From assembly GCA_044224875.1 (NCBI GenBank), contig JBGAJQ010000025.1, forward strand, positions 1-61,601: a stretch of 61,601 nt of DNA. The letters are read 5' to 3'. The position numbers and the translations under genes were made by a program. This document shows positions 28,859 through 38,391 of this stretch, piece by piece (position 1 is the first letter of the stretch; each line of letters begins with the position of its first letter). The notes under the pieces are model-generated. The model ran no database searches and was not told where the DNA came from. It saw nothing but the letters and a program-made list of their open reading frames with translations. Source of the stretch: Gemmatimonadaceae bacterium (GTDB lineage: Bacteria; Gemmatimonadota; Gemmatimonadetes; Gemmatimonadales; Gemmatimonadaceae).

Positions 28859-30187
28859 TCAGTTCATCCGACTGATGGGGCCAACCTGCTGGGCGATCGA
28901 CGCGAGGGTGCTTGTCGTCGCGGTCGTCGCAGAGATTTCGTCCGGGCGTTGTTGCAGGAAGCTCAGGACTTGCTCGCGGAGTCGCAGCGAGGCGTCGACA
29001 AGCGGGTCGCTCCCCTTCTGGTAGGCGCCAACCATGATCAGGTCTTCCTTTTCTCGGAATGCAGCCTCGAGTCGCATCAGCAGGTTTGCCGACTGGCGCT
29101 GCGTTGGCGAGATGATCTGGTCGCGCACCCGGCTCTTGCTTTCCAGCACGTCAATCGCCGGGAAGTGGCCGGCGCTGGCCAACTTTCGTGTGAGCACGAT
29201 GTGCCCATCGAGGATTGACCTGGCGGCGTCAGCGACGGGTTCGTTGAAGTCGTCACCATCCACCAGCACCGTGTAGATGCCGGTGATGCCACCCGTGGTG
29301 CCATTGCCAGCCCGCTCCAGCAACCGGGGCAGGGCCGCAAACACGGAGGGTGGGTAGCCCTTGGTCGTCGGGGGCTCGCCGACCGCGAGGCCGATCTCGC
29401 GCCACGCCATGGCGACTCGTGTGACGCTATCGACCATCAACAGGACCTGCTTGCCCTGGTCGCGGAAGTACTCGGCGATACTGGTGGCCACCAGGGCGCC
29501 GCGGGCGCGTACCAGCGCCGCCTGGTCACCGGTGGCCACGATCACGACGGACCGCGCCAAGCCTTCAGGACCTAACGAATGCTCGATGAACTCGCGCACC
29601 TCGCGTCCTCGTTCACCCAACAGGGCAATCACGTTGACGTCGGCCTTGGCGTTGCGCGCGATCATGCCGAGGAGCGTGCTCTTGCCCACGCCGGAACCGG
29701 AGAAGATGCCGATACGTTGGCCGCGACCGATGGTGAGCATGCCATCGATGGCTCGAACACTCGTCTCCATCGGCTGCCCGATGCGTTGGCGTTCGAGCGG
29801 ATGTGGCGGCTCGCCAGCCAGTGGGACGCGCTCCTTGGCATCCAACCGGCCCAGTCCATCGATAGGATGGCCCAGACCATTCAGGACGCGACCGAGCATG
29901 GCCGGGCCGACATCCACGCCAAACGAACGACCGAGTGGTTGCACGAAGCTGCCGGGGTGCAATCCTGCCAGGTCGCCCAATGGCATCAGTAGCACGCCGC
30001 GCTCGTGGAAGCCCACGACCTCGGCGAGCACCGAGTGATCGTCGCTGAACGACGACACGCGGCACAATTCGCCTAACGCCACATCCAACCCGGTCGCTTC
30101 GATGACCAGGCCGACGACGCGGGTCACGCGTCCATGGCGGACGAGCCGCGGGACATCGGCGATGCGCCGGACGAGGGTCTCAGGCAC
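28859..30187 (-). CDS. fliI: Export ATPase FliI
   Basis: GQRIGIFSGSGVGKS, GERGREV, GEPPTTKGYPPS. Confidence 0.97.
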   Translation of the reverse strand: MPETLVRRIADVPRLVRHGRVTRVVGLVIEATGLDVALGELCRVSSFSDDHSVLAEVVGFHERGVLLMPLGDLAGLHPGSFVQPLGRSFGVDVGPAMLGRVLNGLGHPIDGLGRLDAKERVPLAGEPPHPLERQRIGQPMETSVRAIDGMLTIGRGQRIGIFSGSGVGKSTLLGMIARNAKADVNVIALLGERGREVREFIEHSLGPEGLARSVVIVATGDQAALVRARGALVATSIAEYFRDQGKQVLLMVDSVTRVAMAWREIGLAVGEPPTTKGYPPSVFAALPRLLERAGNGTTGGITGIYTVLVDGDDFNEPVADAARSILDGHIVLTRKLASAGHFPAIDVLESKSRVRDQIISPTQRQSANLLMRLEAAFREKEDLIMVGAYQKGSDPLVDASLRLREQVLSFLQQRPDEISATTATTSTLASIAQQVGPISRMN

Positions 30188-30833
30188 CGGTATACGTCAG
30201 TCGGCGATACACGCGTTCGAGCGCGGCATCCACGCGACCGTCCACGATGCGTTCACGTCCTTCAACCACACATCCGCCGGGAGCGATGCGACTGTCGGCC
30301 ACCCACTCCGTTTCCTTGCGGTGTGCCAGTTCGCCGTCCATGGTGGACAGCATGCCGAGGATCACCGTGTGGTCCGCCGGGTTCAACCGGACGATCACCG
30401 GATGGTCAATCGGAAAGTCGGCGATGGCCTGGCGGACGACATCGATCACGTCATCCCGATCCACGGCGACTTCGCGAGACAGAATATGACGGGCGATCGC
30501 CACGGAGAGTGCGGCGACATTTTCCTCGGCGTTGGCCACCCAGCGATCCACACCGTCCTGGACAGAGACCAGCCCGTCCCGGAGCGCGCGCGCCACATGA
30601 AAGAGCCGCGTCCGCTCCGCCTCTTCGCCCGCCCGGAAGCCTTCTTCGAACGCCTGCCGTCGCGCGTCTTCCAGGACGTGAGCCGGCAGCAGCTCTTCGG
30701 CAGCTGCATCGGAGCCGGCGGCCGGCACGTGATGGTCGCCCACCGGCAGTTCGTCCGGTGCCCAGGCGATGACTTCCGTCGCCAAGGGAGCGCGACCTCG
30801 GGGGCGATTAGACGACGAGGTCATCATCGCCAC
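30180..30833 (-). CDS. fliH: FliH
   Basis: AFEEGFRAG repeat, VRLNPAD, DSRIAPGGCVVE. Confidence 0.9.
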   Translation of the reverse strand: MAMMTSSSNRPRGRAPLATEVIAWAPDELPVGDHHVPAAGSDAAAEELLPAHVLEDARRQAFEEGFRAGEEAERTRLFHVARALRDGLVSVQDGVDRWVANAEENVAALSVAIARHILSREVAVDRDDVIDVVRQAIADFPIDHPVIVRLNPADHTVILGMLSTMDGELAHRKETEWVADSRIAPGGCVVEGRERIVDGRVDAALERVYRRLTYTGA

Positions 30834-31872
30834 CGCTCAGGACGATTTCACCGGCTTCCTCGAGCTTCCGTACCATGGCCACAATGTTCGTCTGCGCGGT
30901 TTCCACGTCGCGCATGCGCACTGGGCCCATCATCTCCATCTCGTCGTTCAACGCCTGCACGGCGCGTTGCGACATGGCGCCTGTGATCTTGGCGCGCAGG
31001 TCAGCGCTCGCCGCCTTGAGGGCCAGCGCGAGTTCCTTCGAGTCGACGTCACGCAGCAACCGTTGCAAGGCGCGGCTGTCCAGCGTGCCGATGTCCTCGA
31101 ACACGAACATCAGGTTCTTGATCTGGTCGCAGAGCGCCTGATCCTTCGACGCCACGCTGTCCAACAGCACCTTCTCCAACGATGAGGTGACGTAGTTGAG
31201 GATAGACGCCACGGACGATGGGCCGCCGGCCGTGTTCATGCCTTGCGACATCGTCAGGTCGGTGTCGGCGCTCAACGAGCGTTCCACCAGCAGCAACATC
31301 TCGGGTTGCACCTTCTCCATCTTCGCCATCCGGTAGACGACTTCGGACCCGATCTCACTGTCGAAGTCCTTCAGGATGGCCGCCGTCTGTTGTGGATCGA
31401 GATGGGCCAGGATGAGGGCGATCGTTTGGGGGTGCTCGCCACGAAGCATCGTCCCAAGCTGTTGCGGATCCGCGTTGCGGAGGCGCTGGAGCCCGATGGT
31501 GTTGTGCAGCTGTCCCTGGATGCGCTCGAGCACCTGCGACGCCTTGCGCGCGCCAAAGGCCTTCTCGAGGATCTCGCGTGCTGCCTCGAGCCCGCCGGAA
31601 GCCAGTGAATCGGCCACGGTGATGCGGGTGAGCCACTCCTCGAGCACCATGTCCACGACCGACGGACTGATGCTCTCCATGCGAGCGATCTCGAATGAGA
31701 TCGCATCCACCTCATCGGACGAGAGGCGTTGCGTGATCTGCGCCGCGGCGTCACTGCCTAACGCCAGGCACAGGACGGCGACCTTCTGCCGGCCGGAAAG
31801 GGCCTCGAGAATGCCGGTCTCGCTGTCTGCGAGCGCGGCCGAGGGTCGGGTCGCCACGGCGGTCGTGCCCAA
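30808..31872 (-). CDS. fliG: C-ring protein FliG
   Basis: LSGRQKVAVL, EHPQTIALIL, MFVFEDI, GPVRMRDVE.AQ. Confidence 0.97.
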   Translation of the reverse strand: MGTTAVATRPSAALADSETGILEALSGRQKVAVLCLALGSDAAAQITQRLSSDEVDAISFEIARMESISPSVVDMVLEEWLTRITVADSLASGGLEAAREILEKAFGARKASQVLERIQGQLHNTIGLQRLRNADPQQLGTMLRGEHPQTIALILAHLDPQQTAAILKDFDSEIGSEVVYRMAKMEKVQPEMLLLVERSLSADTDLTMSQGMNTAGGPSSVASILNYVTSSLEKVLLDSVASKDQALCDQIKNLMFVFEDIGTLDSRALQRLLRDVDSKELALALKAASADLRAKITGAMSQRAVQALNDEMEMMGPVRMRDVETAQTNIVAMVRKLEEAGEIVLSGGDDDLVV

Positions 31873-31873
31873 C

Positions 31874-33415
31874 CTATGCCTCCTTCATCCAGGCACGAAC
31901 CAGCTTTGCTGCCACTTCGGGCTGCTGGTCCACCGTCGCCGTCACGCGGTTACGCGTCTCGGCATTCGCCTGCATGGCCGCCAATTCCGGCACCATCTTC
32001 GGTGCCAGCGGCGCGTCTTCTATCGGATGGTGATGAGAAATCGGGGCGGGGAGGGCCGCCGTCGCCGCCGGCGGAGCAAACTGTGCCGTCGCTGCTGCCG
32101 GACGGGCAACTTGCTTGGGACCGCGCACGGACTTGAGCGCCATAAAGCCGATCACGAAGGCGAAGATCAGAGCGACGGCGTTCATGACCAGCGCTTGGTT
32201 CTGCTGGACCTTCTGCACGAGCGTGGGCGGCGTTTCCGCCACGGCGGCGGGAGCGGCCGGCACGGAGAAGGGCACGCTGACGATCGACATGAAGTCGCCA
32301 CGTGTCGAGTCATACCCAACGGCACTCTTCACCAGCGTCTCGATGCGGGAAAGCTCCTGGGCCGTGCGCGGCGTGAACGTCGCGCTATCGCCAGCACCGG
32401 TCATCTTGTCATTCACCAGTACCGCGACCGTTAGGCGCCGGACGGTGCCTAACGCATTGGCGAATACCTCGGTACTCTTCGAATTCTCGTAGGTAGTGGC
32501 CGAATTGGACGACGCCGCGCCACCTTGGGCGCCCGGCGTGATCTCTGCCTTTTGCTCCGTGGCGGCCACTTGCTTGTCCGGGTCCAGCGTCTGCGTCGTC
32601 CGTTCCATCCGGTCGAAATTGAGCGCTGCCGACACCTGCACGCGGGCGTTGCCCTGTCCCACCATCTGCGACAACAGCAGCTCGGCCTTTTCGCGGAGGT
32701 CTTGCTCCACCTCTCGCTGGTTGGCGAGTTGACGGCTGGTCAGGCCCAACAGGGAACCCTCTTCATTAGGTATGGAGAGCAGGCGACCGCCATCATCCAC
32801 GACCGTCACTTGATCGCTCACGAGGCCGTCCACCGAGCTCGCCACGAGATGCGTGATTCCTTGCACCACGGCCGGCGCGGGCTCCTCACCGCTCCGCAGG
32901 CTCAACACGACCGAAGCCTCCGAGGGCGTGTTGGCCGCCCGGAAGCTCGAGGTTTCGTGAAGCGCCAGGTGCACCTGGGCCGATCGGACCCCACGCATCT
33001 TCCCGATCGTGCGCTCGAGCTCACCCTCGGCGCCCCCACGCCGGTAGTTCACTTTTTCAGTAAAGTTGGTCATCGCGTAGGCCGGCTTGTCGAACAGGTC
33101 CCATCCCGGTCGTCCGGAGGTGGGAAGCCCGTCCTTGGCCAGGGCCACACGCGCCCGTGGCAAGTCGGTCACCGCCACGGTCACGTCGGCACCACCGCGA
33201 TCCAGCCGGTTCGGAATGCCAGCCTGCGTTAGGCGGTCCGAGACAGCGCTGACCTGGTCCAGGGGAGCGCCGCTCACCACCGGTACCCAGGTCGGCGCTC
33301 CCGCCCAGCGTGACACGCCAATGATCAGCGCGACGGCGCCAATCCCAACACCAAGCGTGGCCAGCCGTCGCCAGCCACCAATCCGTTCAATGAGTCCGTC
33401 GATTCCGTCTGCCAT
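31874..33415 (-). CDS. fliF: MS-ring protein FliF
   Basis: GWDLFD, EGELERTI, ASVVL, LVASSVDGL, RRLTVAVLVN. Confidence 0.95.
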   Translation of the reverse strand: MADGIDGLIERIGGWRRLATLGVGIGAVALIIGVSRWAGAPTWVPVVSGAPLDQVSAVSDRLTQAGIPNRLDRGGADVTVAVTDLPRARVALAKDGLPTSGRPGWDLFDKPAYAMTNFTEKVNYRRGGAEGELERTIGKMRGVRSAQVHLALHETSSFRAANTPSEASVVLSLRSGEEPAPAVVQGITHLVASSVDGLVSDQVTVVDDGGRLLSIPNEEGSLLGLTSRQLANQREVEQDLREKAELLLSQMVGQGNARVQVSAALNFDRMERTTQTLDPDKQVAATEQKAEITPGAQGGAASSNSATTYENSKSTEVFANALGTVRRLTVAVLVNDKMTGAGDSATFTPRTAQELSRIETLVKSAVGYDSTRGDFMSIVSVPFSVPAAPAAVAETPPTLVQKVQQNQALVMNAVALIFAFVIGFMALKSVRGPKQVARPAAATAQFAPPAATAALPAPISHHHPIEDAPLAPKMVPELAAMQANAETRNRVTATVDQQPEVAAKLVRAWMKEA

Positions 33416-33430
33416 CGCCGTTGGGTGAGA

Positions 33431-33829
33431 CTAGCTCTGCATCGACATCACGGTGCGGTAGGCATCCGTGAACTTGTTGCGCAGTTCTACCAGGAGCTGC
33501 AACGAGAGACCCGCTTCTTCCGCCTTGGCCATCACCTGGTGGATTTCCACGGGCTCGCCATTGATGAAGCGCTGCATGTAGTCCTGGGCAGCGTCCTGCG
33601 TGTCGGAGACCTGATTGATGACCTTCTTCAACGTGTCCCCAAACGACGTCTCATCCGACTTCCCGATGTCGATCGTGTAGCCCTTGGCCGCGTCCCCGCC
33701 GATTCCGGAGGCGCCGCCGCGTTGTTGCAGCGCTTGTTCGAGCTTCGCAAAACGATCCATGGCATCGCCAACGCCAGTGGCGCCGATCGTGCCACGGATG
33801 GCAGCTGACGCAAAGGGGTCCGCTGCCAT
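33431..33829 (-). CDS. fliE: FliE
   Basis: SFGDTLK, IHQVMAKAEEAGLSLQLLVELRNKFTDAYRTVMSMQ. Confidence 0.92.
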   Translation of the reverse strand: MAADPFASAAIRGTIGATGVGDAMDRFAKLEQALQQRGGASGIGGDAAKGYTIDIGKSDETSFGDTLKKVINQVSDTQDAAQDYMQRFINGEPVEIHQVMAKAEEAGLSLQLLVELRNKFTDAYRTVMSMQS

Positions 33830-33831
33830 GG

Positions 33832-34194
33832 CTAGGCCTTCACGTCCAGTCGCGCGCCGCGCGAGACCACCTGCTGCGGTTGTACCTGACCGCTCAGGAC
33901 GCGGCCGTACGTGAGGGGACCCATCGCGCCCAGTTTGGCGAAGTAGGTGCGCTCGTCGCTGGACAGCACGCTCCACAATTCGGGATCTGTTCCTGGTGGC
34001 GGCTGGGCGGGTACGGCGGCTGAACTCGCGCCTGGGCGCTCCGCGGCGACCGGCGCCTTGACGGCACCAGGCGCAACGCCTGTCCGCCGATCCGTGCGAC
34101 CAGGGCCGTTCGGGACCTGGGTGCCCGGAGCTCCCGGCGCATTGGTGCCCGGCGTCGTGCCGATGATGGGTCCGCGTATTCCGTAAATGCTCAT
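33832..34194 (-). CDS. Hypothetical protein inside the flgBC-fliE operon
   Basis: 120-aa ORF tightly packed between flgC and fliE; C-terminal GARLDVKA. Confidence 0.7.
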   Translation of the reverse strand: MSIYGIRGPIIGTTPGTNAPGAPGTQVPNGPGRTDRRTGVAPGAVKAPVAAERPGASSAAVPAQPPPGTDPELWSVLSSDERTYFAKLGAMGPLTYGRVLSGQVQPQQVVSRGARLDVKA

Positions 34195-34216
34195 GTGAAG
34201 TCGTTAGGGCGTCGGC

Positions 34217-34744
34217 CTAGATGTCGAGGGCGCGGCGAAGAAGTTGCTTGGCGGCCTGGAACACCGTGGCGTTTGCTTCGTACACGCGACGCGATTCCAT
34301 CAAATCCACCATTTCATCAGTGACACGGACGTTGGGCATCCGGACGTAACCCTGCGCGTTGGCGTCGGGATGTCCGGGGTCGTAACGCAGCTCGCCCTCG
34401 GAGCTGTCTTCCACAATCTCCAGGGGGCGCACACCACCGAATGCCTCGGTGGGATCCGCGGCGGGTGCCGCACCCGACATCTGCTCGCTTGGCAGCGGCG
34501 GGAAGCTCGGCGGCGCACCTTCACGAATCGCCTCTTCCAGCTGCACCACGCGGCGCTTGTAGGGACCGCCTTCGCCAGCGCGAGTGGTCTCCGCATTGGC
34601 GATGTTGGTGGCGATCACTTCCATGCGAAGCCGTTGCGCCGACAGTCCCGACGACGCGATGTCCAGCGGTCGGAACATCGGATTGCGGGAGCTTTCAGTC
34701 CCGCTGTTGGTGAGCAGGGGAAGCAAGCCGAGAGGACGGATCAT
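34217..34744 (-). CDS. flgC: Rod protein FlgC
   Basis: SGLSAQRLRMEVIATNIANAETT, YDPGHPDA..GYV.MPNV. Confidence 0.96.
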   Translation of the reverse strand: MIRPLGLLPLLTNSGTESSRNPMFRPLDIASSGLSAQRLRMEVIATNIANAETTRAGEGGPYKRRVVQLEEAIREGAPPSFPPLPSEQMSGAAPAADPTEAFGGVRPLEIVEDSSEGELRYDPGHPDANAQGYVRMPNVRVTDEMVDLMESRRVYEANATVFQAAKQLLRRALDI

Positions 34745-35028
34745 TAGCGCTCCGTAACGCTGAGGCGAATCTGCGCGTAGGCCTTTTCCAGCAACTTGGC
34801 CGTGGCTTCGTAGCGAAGCTGTGCATCCGCCAGGTTGGTCATTTCCTTTTCGATGTCCACGCTCGTCGCCTCACTCGGCGCGGCGCCGTTGATCGAAAAG
34901 CCCGACTGGTTTGCGATCGTCGCACCGGATACGCGCTGGGCAATGCCACGCACGCGCTGACTCCCCACATCGAGGGCGTCGCGCAATTGCGGTGCACCGG
35001 AGACTCGTCCAAAGAAGCCGAAGAGCAT
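34744..35028 (-). CDS. flgB: Rod protein FlgB, short and divergent
   Basis: First gene before flgC; VDIEKEMTNLADAQLRYEA C-terminal motif. Confidence 0.75.
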   Translation of the reverse strand: MLFGFFGRVSGAPQLRDALDVGSQRVRGIAQRVSGATIANQSGFSINGAAPSEATSVDIEKEMTNLADAQLRYEATAKLLEKAYAQIRLSVTER

Positions 35029-35083
35029 GCGAACGATCCGCGTAGCTGGACGCGCTCCATTGCGCATCCCGGCGCATGCTAGG

Positions 35084-35098
35084 GCAATGCGCGGACCA
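35084..35098 (-). promoter_or_regulatory. Putative sigma-54 promoter for flgB operon
   Basis: TGGTCCGCGCATTGC, GG-N10-GC. Confidence 0.72.
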
Positions 35099-35264
35099 CG
35101 CGACTACGCTCGAAAAGAGGGCGCGATACGCGACAACGCGACCCCATGCCCGCAAAGTCTAACGTGTTGTCGGTGAGCGCCTTAGCGTGCGTGCCGCTTC
35201 GCTCTGTGCAGGACAGAATCGACGCGACCGTGCCCAATCCCTGAGCGGAAAAGAAGGGTGGGGG

Positions 35265-35277
35265 GGCAACTCTTGCC
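35265..35277. promoter_or_regulatory. Putative enhancer for the sigma-54 activator
   Basis: Palindrome GGCAA-CTC-TTGCC, identical to 38291-38303. Confidence 0.6.
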
Positions 35278-35308
35278 CGGTCGCTCCCGGACGGAGTTGC
35301 CGTTGAGC

Positions 35309-36769
35309 TTACTCGTCGCCTGAGGCCGTGGTTGCTGCGGCTTCGTCCAAAACCCGCGCGCCATTCAGCTTGTTTCGAAGGGTGCGCACGCTAATCCCCA
35401 GAAGTTCGGCCGTCTTGGTGCGGTTGTTCTTGGTGAGCTCCAAGGCGCGTCGTATGAGCGCCCGCTCAGCCTCCTCGACGTTCAGCGTATTCAGCACGAT
35501 CGCTCCCGCATTCCCAGCCCCGGAACCACTCGCTCCAACCGCGTCGACGGAACGCGGAGTGCTTGTCCGCATCATCGCCTGTTGGGCAAGCGGCGACGCC
35601 ATGCCGGCGCGCTGCGCGTCAAACACACGCGGCGGGAGCATCGGTTCGTGACTCAGGATGACCGCTCGCTCAACGGCGTGTTGTAGCTCACGGACGTTTC
35701 CCGGCCACGCGTAGTCCTGTAGCAAGCGAATCGTCTCCGGCGCCAGCCCCGCGACTTCCTTCTGGACTTCGGCGGCTGTACGCATGGCGAACCGGTACGC
35801 CAGCATGGGGACATCTTCCGGGCGTTCGCGCAGGGGCGGGATCTCAATCGGCACCACCGCCAGTCGGTAGTACAGGTCCTGTCGGAAGCGGCCGGCGGCC
35901 GCCTCGCCAGCGAGGTTGCGGTTCGTGGTGGCGATCACACGCACGTCGACGCGGATTGGCGACGTGCCGCCTACTCGCTCGAATTCCTGCTCCTGGAGCA
36001 CCCGAAGCAACTTTGCCTGCAGCTCCAGCTTCATTTCGGAGATTTCGTCGAGTAGCAACGTGCCGCCGTGCGCGCGCTCGAACGCTCCTTCCACGCGCTT
36101 GATCGCGCCCGTGAAGGCGCCTCGCTCGTGACCGAAGAGCGCACTCTCGATCAGGCCTTCGGGGAGCGCGGCGCAGTTCAACTTGATGAACGGCCGATCG
36201 CGCCGATCGCTTTGATCATGGATGGCGCGTGCGAAGAGCTCCTTGCCCGTTCCGCTTTCGCCCTGCAGCAGGACCGTCGCGCGTGTCGGCGCAACCATAG
36301 AAACCGTCTGCTGGATCCGTCGAATGGCGGCGCTGTCCCCCACGATCTGCCGCTCATTCCGGAACTCCATCACCTCGCGTCGCAGCACCGCGTTCTCCCG
36401 ACGCAGTCGAACGAACTCCAGCGCCTGTTCGACGGCGAGTTCAAGCTGCTGCGTGCGAACCGGCTTGGTGATGTAGTCGATCGCCCCGGCCTTGATGGCC
36501 GCGACCGCGTGCTCGATGCTCGCGTACCCCGTCACCATGATCAACGGGATGTCGTACCCTTCTCGCTGCAGCAGGGCAAGGAACTCGAGCCCAGTCAGCC
36601 CCGGCATCCTATAGTCGGAGATGATCAGGTCGATGCTTTCCTTTGAAAGAACCTGCAGTGCCTCAACGACATTGCGCGCGCCCAAGGCCCGGTGGCCGGC
36701 GCGCGTCAGCGTGTCTTCGAGGATTAAGCCGACGGAAGGTTCGTCGTCGACGTAAAGAATGGTGGCCAT
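35309..36769 (-). CDS. Sigma-54-dependent response regulator (REC-AAA+-HTH; FlbD/FlrC-like)
   Basis: ILYVDDE, SDYRMP, GESGTGKE, GAFTGA, LLLDEI, WPGNVREL, AELLGISVRTLRNKL. Confidence 0.93.
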   Translation of the reverse strand: MATILYVDDEPSVGLILEDTLTRAGHRALGARNVVEALQVLSKESIDLIISDYRMPGLTGLEFLALLQREGYDIPLIMVTGYASIEHAVAAIKAGAIDYITKPVRTQQLELAVEQALEFVRLRRENAVLRREVMEFRNERQIVGDSAAIRRIQQTVSMVAPTRATVLLQGESGTGKELFARAIHDQSDRRDRPFIKLNCAALPEGLIESALFGHERGAFTGAIKRVEGAFERAHGGTLLLDEISEMKLELQAKLLRVLQEQEFERVGGTSPIRVDVRVIATTNRNLAGEAAAGRFRQDLYYRLAVVPIEIPPLRERPEDVPMLAYRFAMRTAAEVQKEVAGLAPETIRLLQDYAWPGNVRELQHAVERAVILSHEPMLPPRVFDAQRAGMASPLAQQAMMRTSTPRSVDAVGASGSGAGNAGAIVLNTLNVEEAERALIRRALELTKNNRTKTAELLGISVRTLRNKLNGARVLDEAAATTASGDE

Positions 36770-36814
36770 GTCAGCGATGCGGGTACGGCAGCGACTTCGG
36801 GACCCGAAGTCCGC

Positions 36815-36842
36815 TAAAGTCCCGGCCGCGAGCGGCCGATAC
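36815..36842 (+). promoter_or_regulatory. Sigma-28 promoter for flgL-fliW
   Basis: TAAAG-N15-GCCGATAC. Confidence 0.8.
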
Positions 36843-36912
36843 TGACCCACAGACGCTTTGCCCAGACCCGTCGCAACCTTGTCCGGATCTAATCTCCAGG
36901 CTGCCCCCAGTC

Positions 36913-37794
36913 ATGCGAGTTACGAACATCGGAATCAGTACCAACGCCATCCTTGGCCTCCAGCATGCTTCACGCGAGGTCGAGGAGGCGCAGCGCCGCA
37001 CGCAGACCGGACTTCGAGTTGAACTGGCATCCGACGACCCGAATGCCGCGTCGTCCATCATGTCGTCCGCGGGTTCACTACGTGCCCTCGATCAATACCA
37101 GCGCAACATCAACTCCGCTACCTCGCGAAGCAATACCGAAGAGGAAGTCCTGAACCAGTTGTCGACCAGTCTTGAACGGGCAAAGCACCTCGGGATTCAG
37201 GAAGGGAACGGTTCGGCCAGTGCGCAGACGCGACTCGTCGCCAAGGCGGAAGTTGACCAGATCATGGCGTTCGCCATCCAGCAGGCCAACACCAAGTTCG
37301 AAGGCGAGTACCTGTTTGGCGGTGACCAGTCACAGACCATGCCCATCACGTCGTCGTCGCCGCCGTTTACGGCAGCGCCGCCGACCGGTCAGCGTGGCGC
37401 CCAGATCTCGGAAGGGCTGGTCATCAACGTGAATCACAATGCCTCGCAGGTGTTCCTCAACTCCAGCGTGCTGGCGTCGATCGATGAGCTGTCTACCGCG
37501 CTCGCGGCGAACGACCAGACGGGCATCATGAACGCGATCAACACGATCGACACGGCCATCGGGTCCGTACAGAACCTGCTTGGCGATGTGGGGGCGCAGT
37601 CGAATCAGTTGGAAACCACCACGCAGAACATCACGGCGCTCACGGGAACGCTCAAGACCTTCAAGTCCAACTTGCAGGATATCGATCTCGAGGCGGCTGT
37701 GACCACGCTGGTGAGCAAGCAGAATGCATATCAGTCGGCCCTCCTTGCCACCTCTCGGGTCCTTACGCTCTCTCTCGCGGACTACATGAGATGA
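36913..37794 (+). CDS. flgL: Hook-associated protein FlgL
   Basis: MRVT, TGLRVELASDDP, NTKFEGEYLFGG, LSLADYM. Confidence 0.93.
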   Translation: MRVTNIGISTNAILGLQHASREVEEAQRRTQTGLRVELASDDPNAASSIMSSAGSLRALDQYQRNINSATSRSNTEEEVLNQLSTSLERAKHLGIQEGNGSASAQTRLVAKAEVDQIMAFAIQQANTKFEGEYLFGGDQSQTMPITSSSPPFTAAPPTGQRGAQISEGLVINVNHNASQVFLNSSVLASIDELSTALAANDQTGIMNAINTIDTAIGSVQNLLGDVGAQSNQLETTTQNITALTGTLKTFKSNLQDIDLEAAVTTLVSKQNAYQSALLATSRVLTLSLADYMR

Positions 37795-38285
37795 GTACTG
37801 CCGTCGCACCATCCGCCGGTCAGGTGCAGGTCGCATCGCAAGTCCTCGGCACGTTGCAGGTGCCGGCGCAGGATCTCATCACGTTTCCCGTCGGTGTGTT
37901 CGGGTTCCCCGAGGCACGCACCTTCGCACTTCTCCCAACCCCGCGCGAAGGCATCTATTGGCTGCAGTCGGCCGATCACGCAGCCCTCGCGTTTCTGCTC
38001 GCCGATCCCTTTCTCTTCTTCGCAGGGCGATACCAGATTGACCTGGCGGGCGCCGAGCTGGCCCGTCTGGGTACGCCATCTCCCGAAGACACGCTCGTCC
38101 TGGCGATCGTGACGATGCCGGCGCATTCGGCCGACGCGTACACGGCCAACCTGCAGGCGCCGCTCCTGTTCAACCTGCGCGCGCGCCAGGCCTATCAGTG
38201 CCTCCGGCCGGACGATGGATTCAGCGTTCGCGAGGCGTTCGACATCGATCAGCTGCTGGCGGCCGGCTCCAAGTCAGGGCGCTGA
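37791..38285 (+). CDS. fliW: Flagellar assembly factor FliW (CsrA antagonist)
   Basis: ITFPVGVFGF, WLQS...LAF...DPF, TANLQAPL. Confidence 0.92.
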   Translation: MSTAVAPSAGQVQVASQVLGTLQVPAQDLITFPVGVFGFPEARTFALLPTPREGIYWLQSADHAALAFLLADPFLFFAGRYQIDLAGAELARLGTPSPEDTLVLAIVTMPAHSADAYTANLQAPLLFNLRARQAYQCLRPDDGFSVREAFDIDQLLAAGSKSGR

Positions 38286-38290
38286 CTCCC

Positions 38291-38303
38291 GGCAACTCTT
38301 GCC
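38291..38303. promoter_or_regulatory. Putative enhancer for the sigma-54 activator
   Basis: GGCAACTCTTGCC about 90 bp upstream of a sigma-54 promoter. Confidence 0.6.
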
Positions 38304-38391
38304 TGACGAGTCCCGGTCAGAGATTCCGGGCTACGCGTTGGATCACACGTCGCCTAACGCGCAAGCCGTGAACACACAAGCACTTCGCTCG

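Noticed and set aside
33020..33045. FliF NYRRGGAEGEL instead of NY.RALEGEL
   Set aside because: In-frame local oddity at a short G-run; may be a sequence error and too weak to interpret
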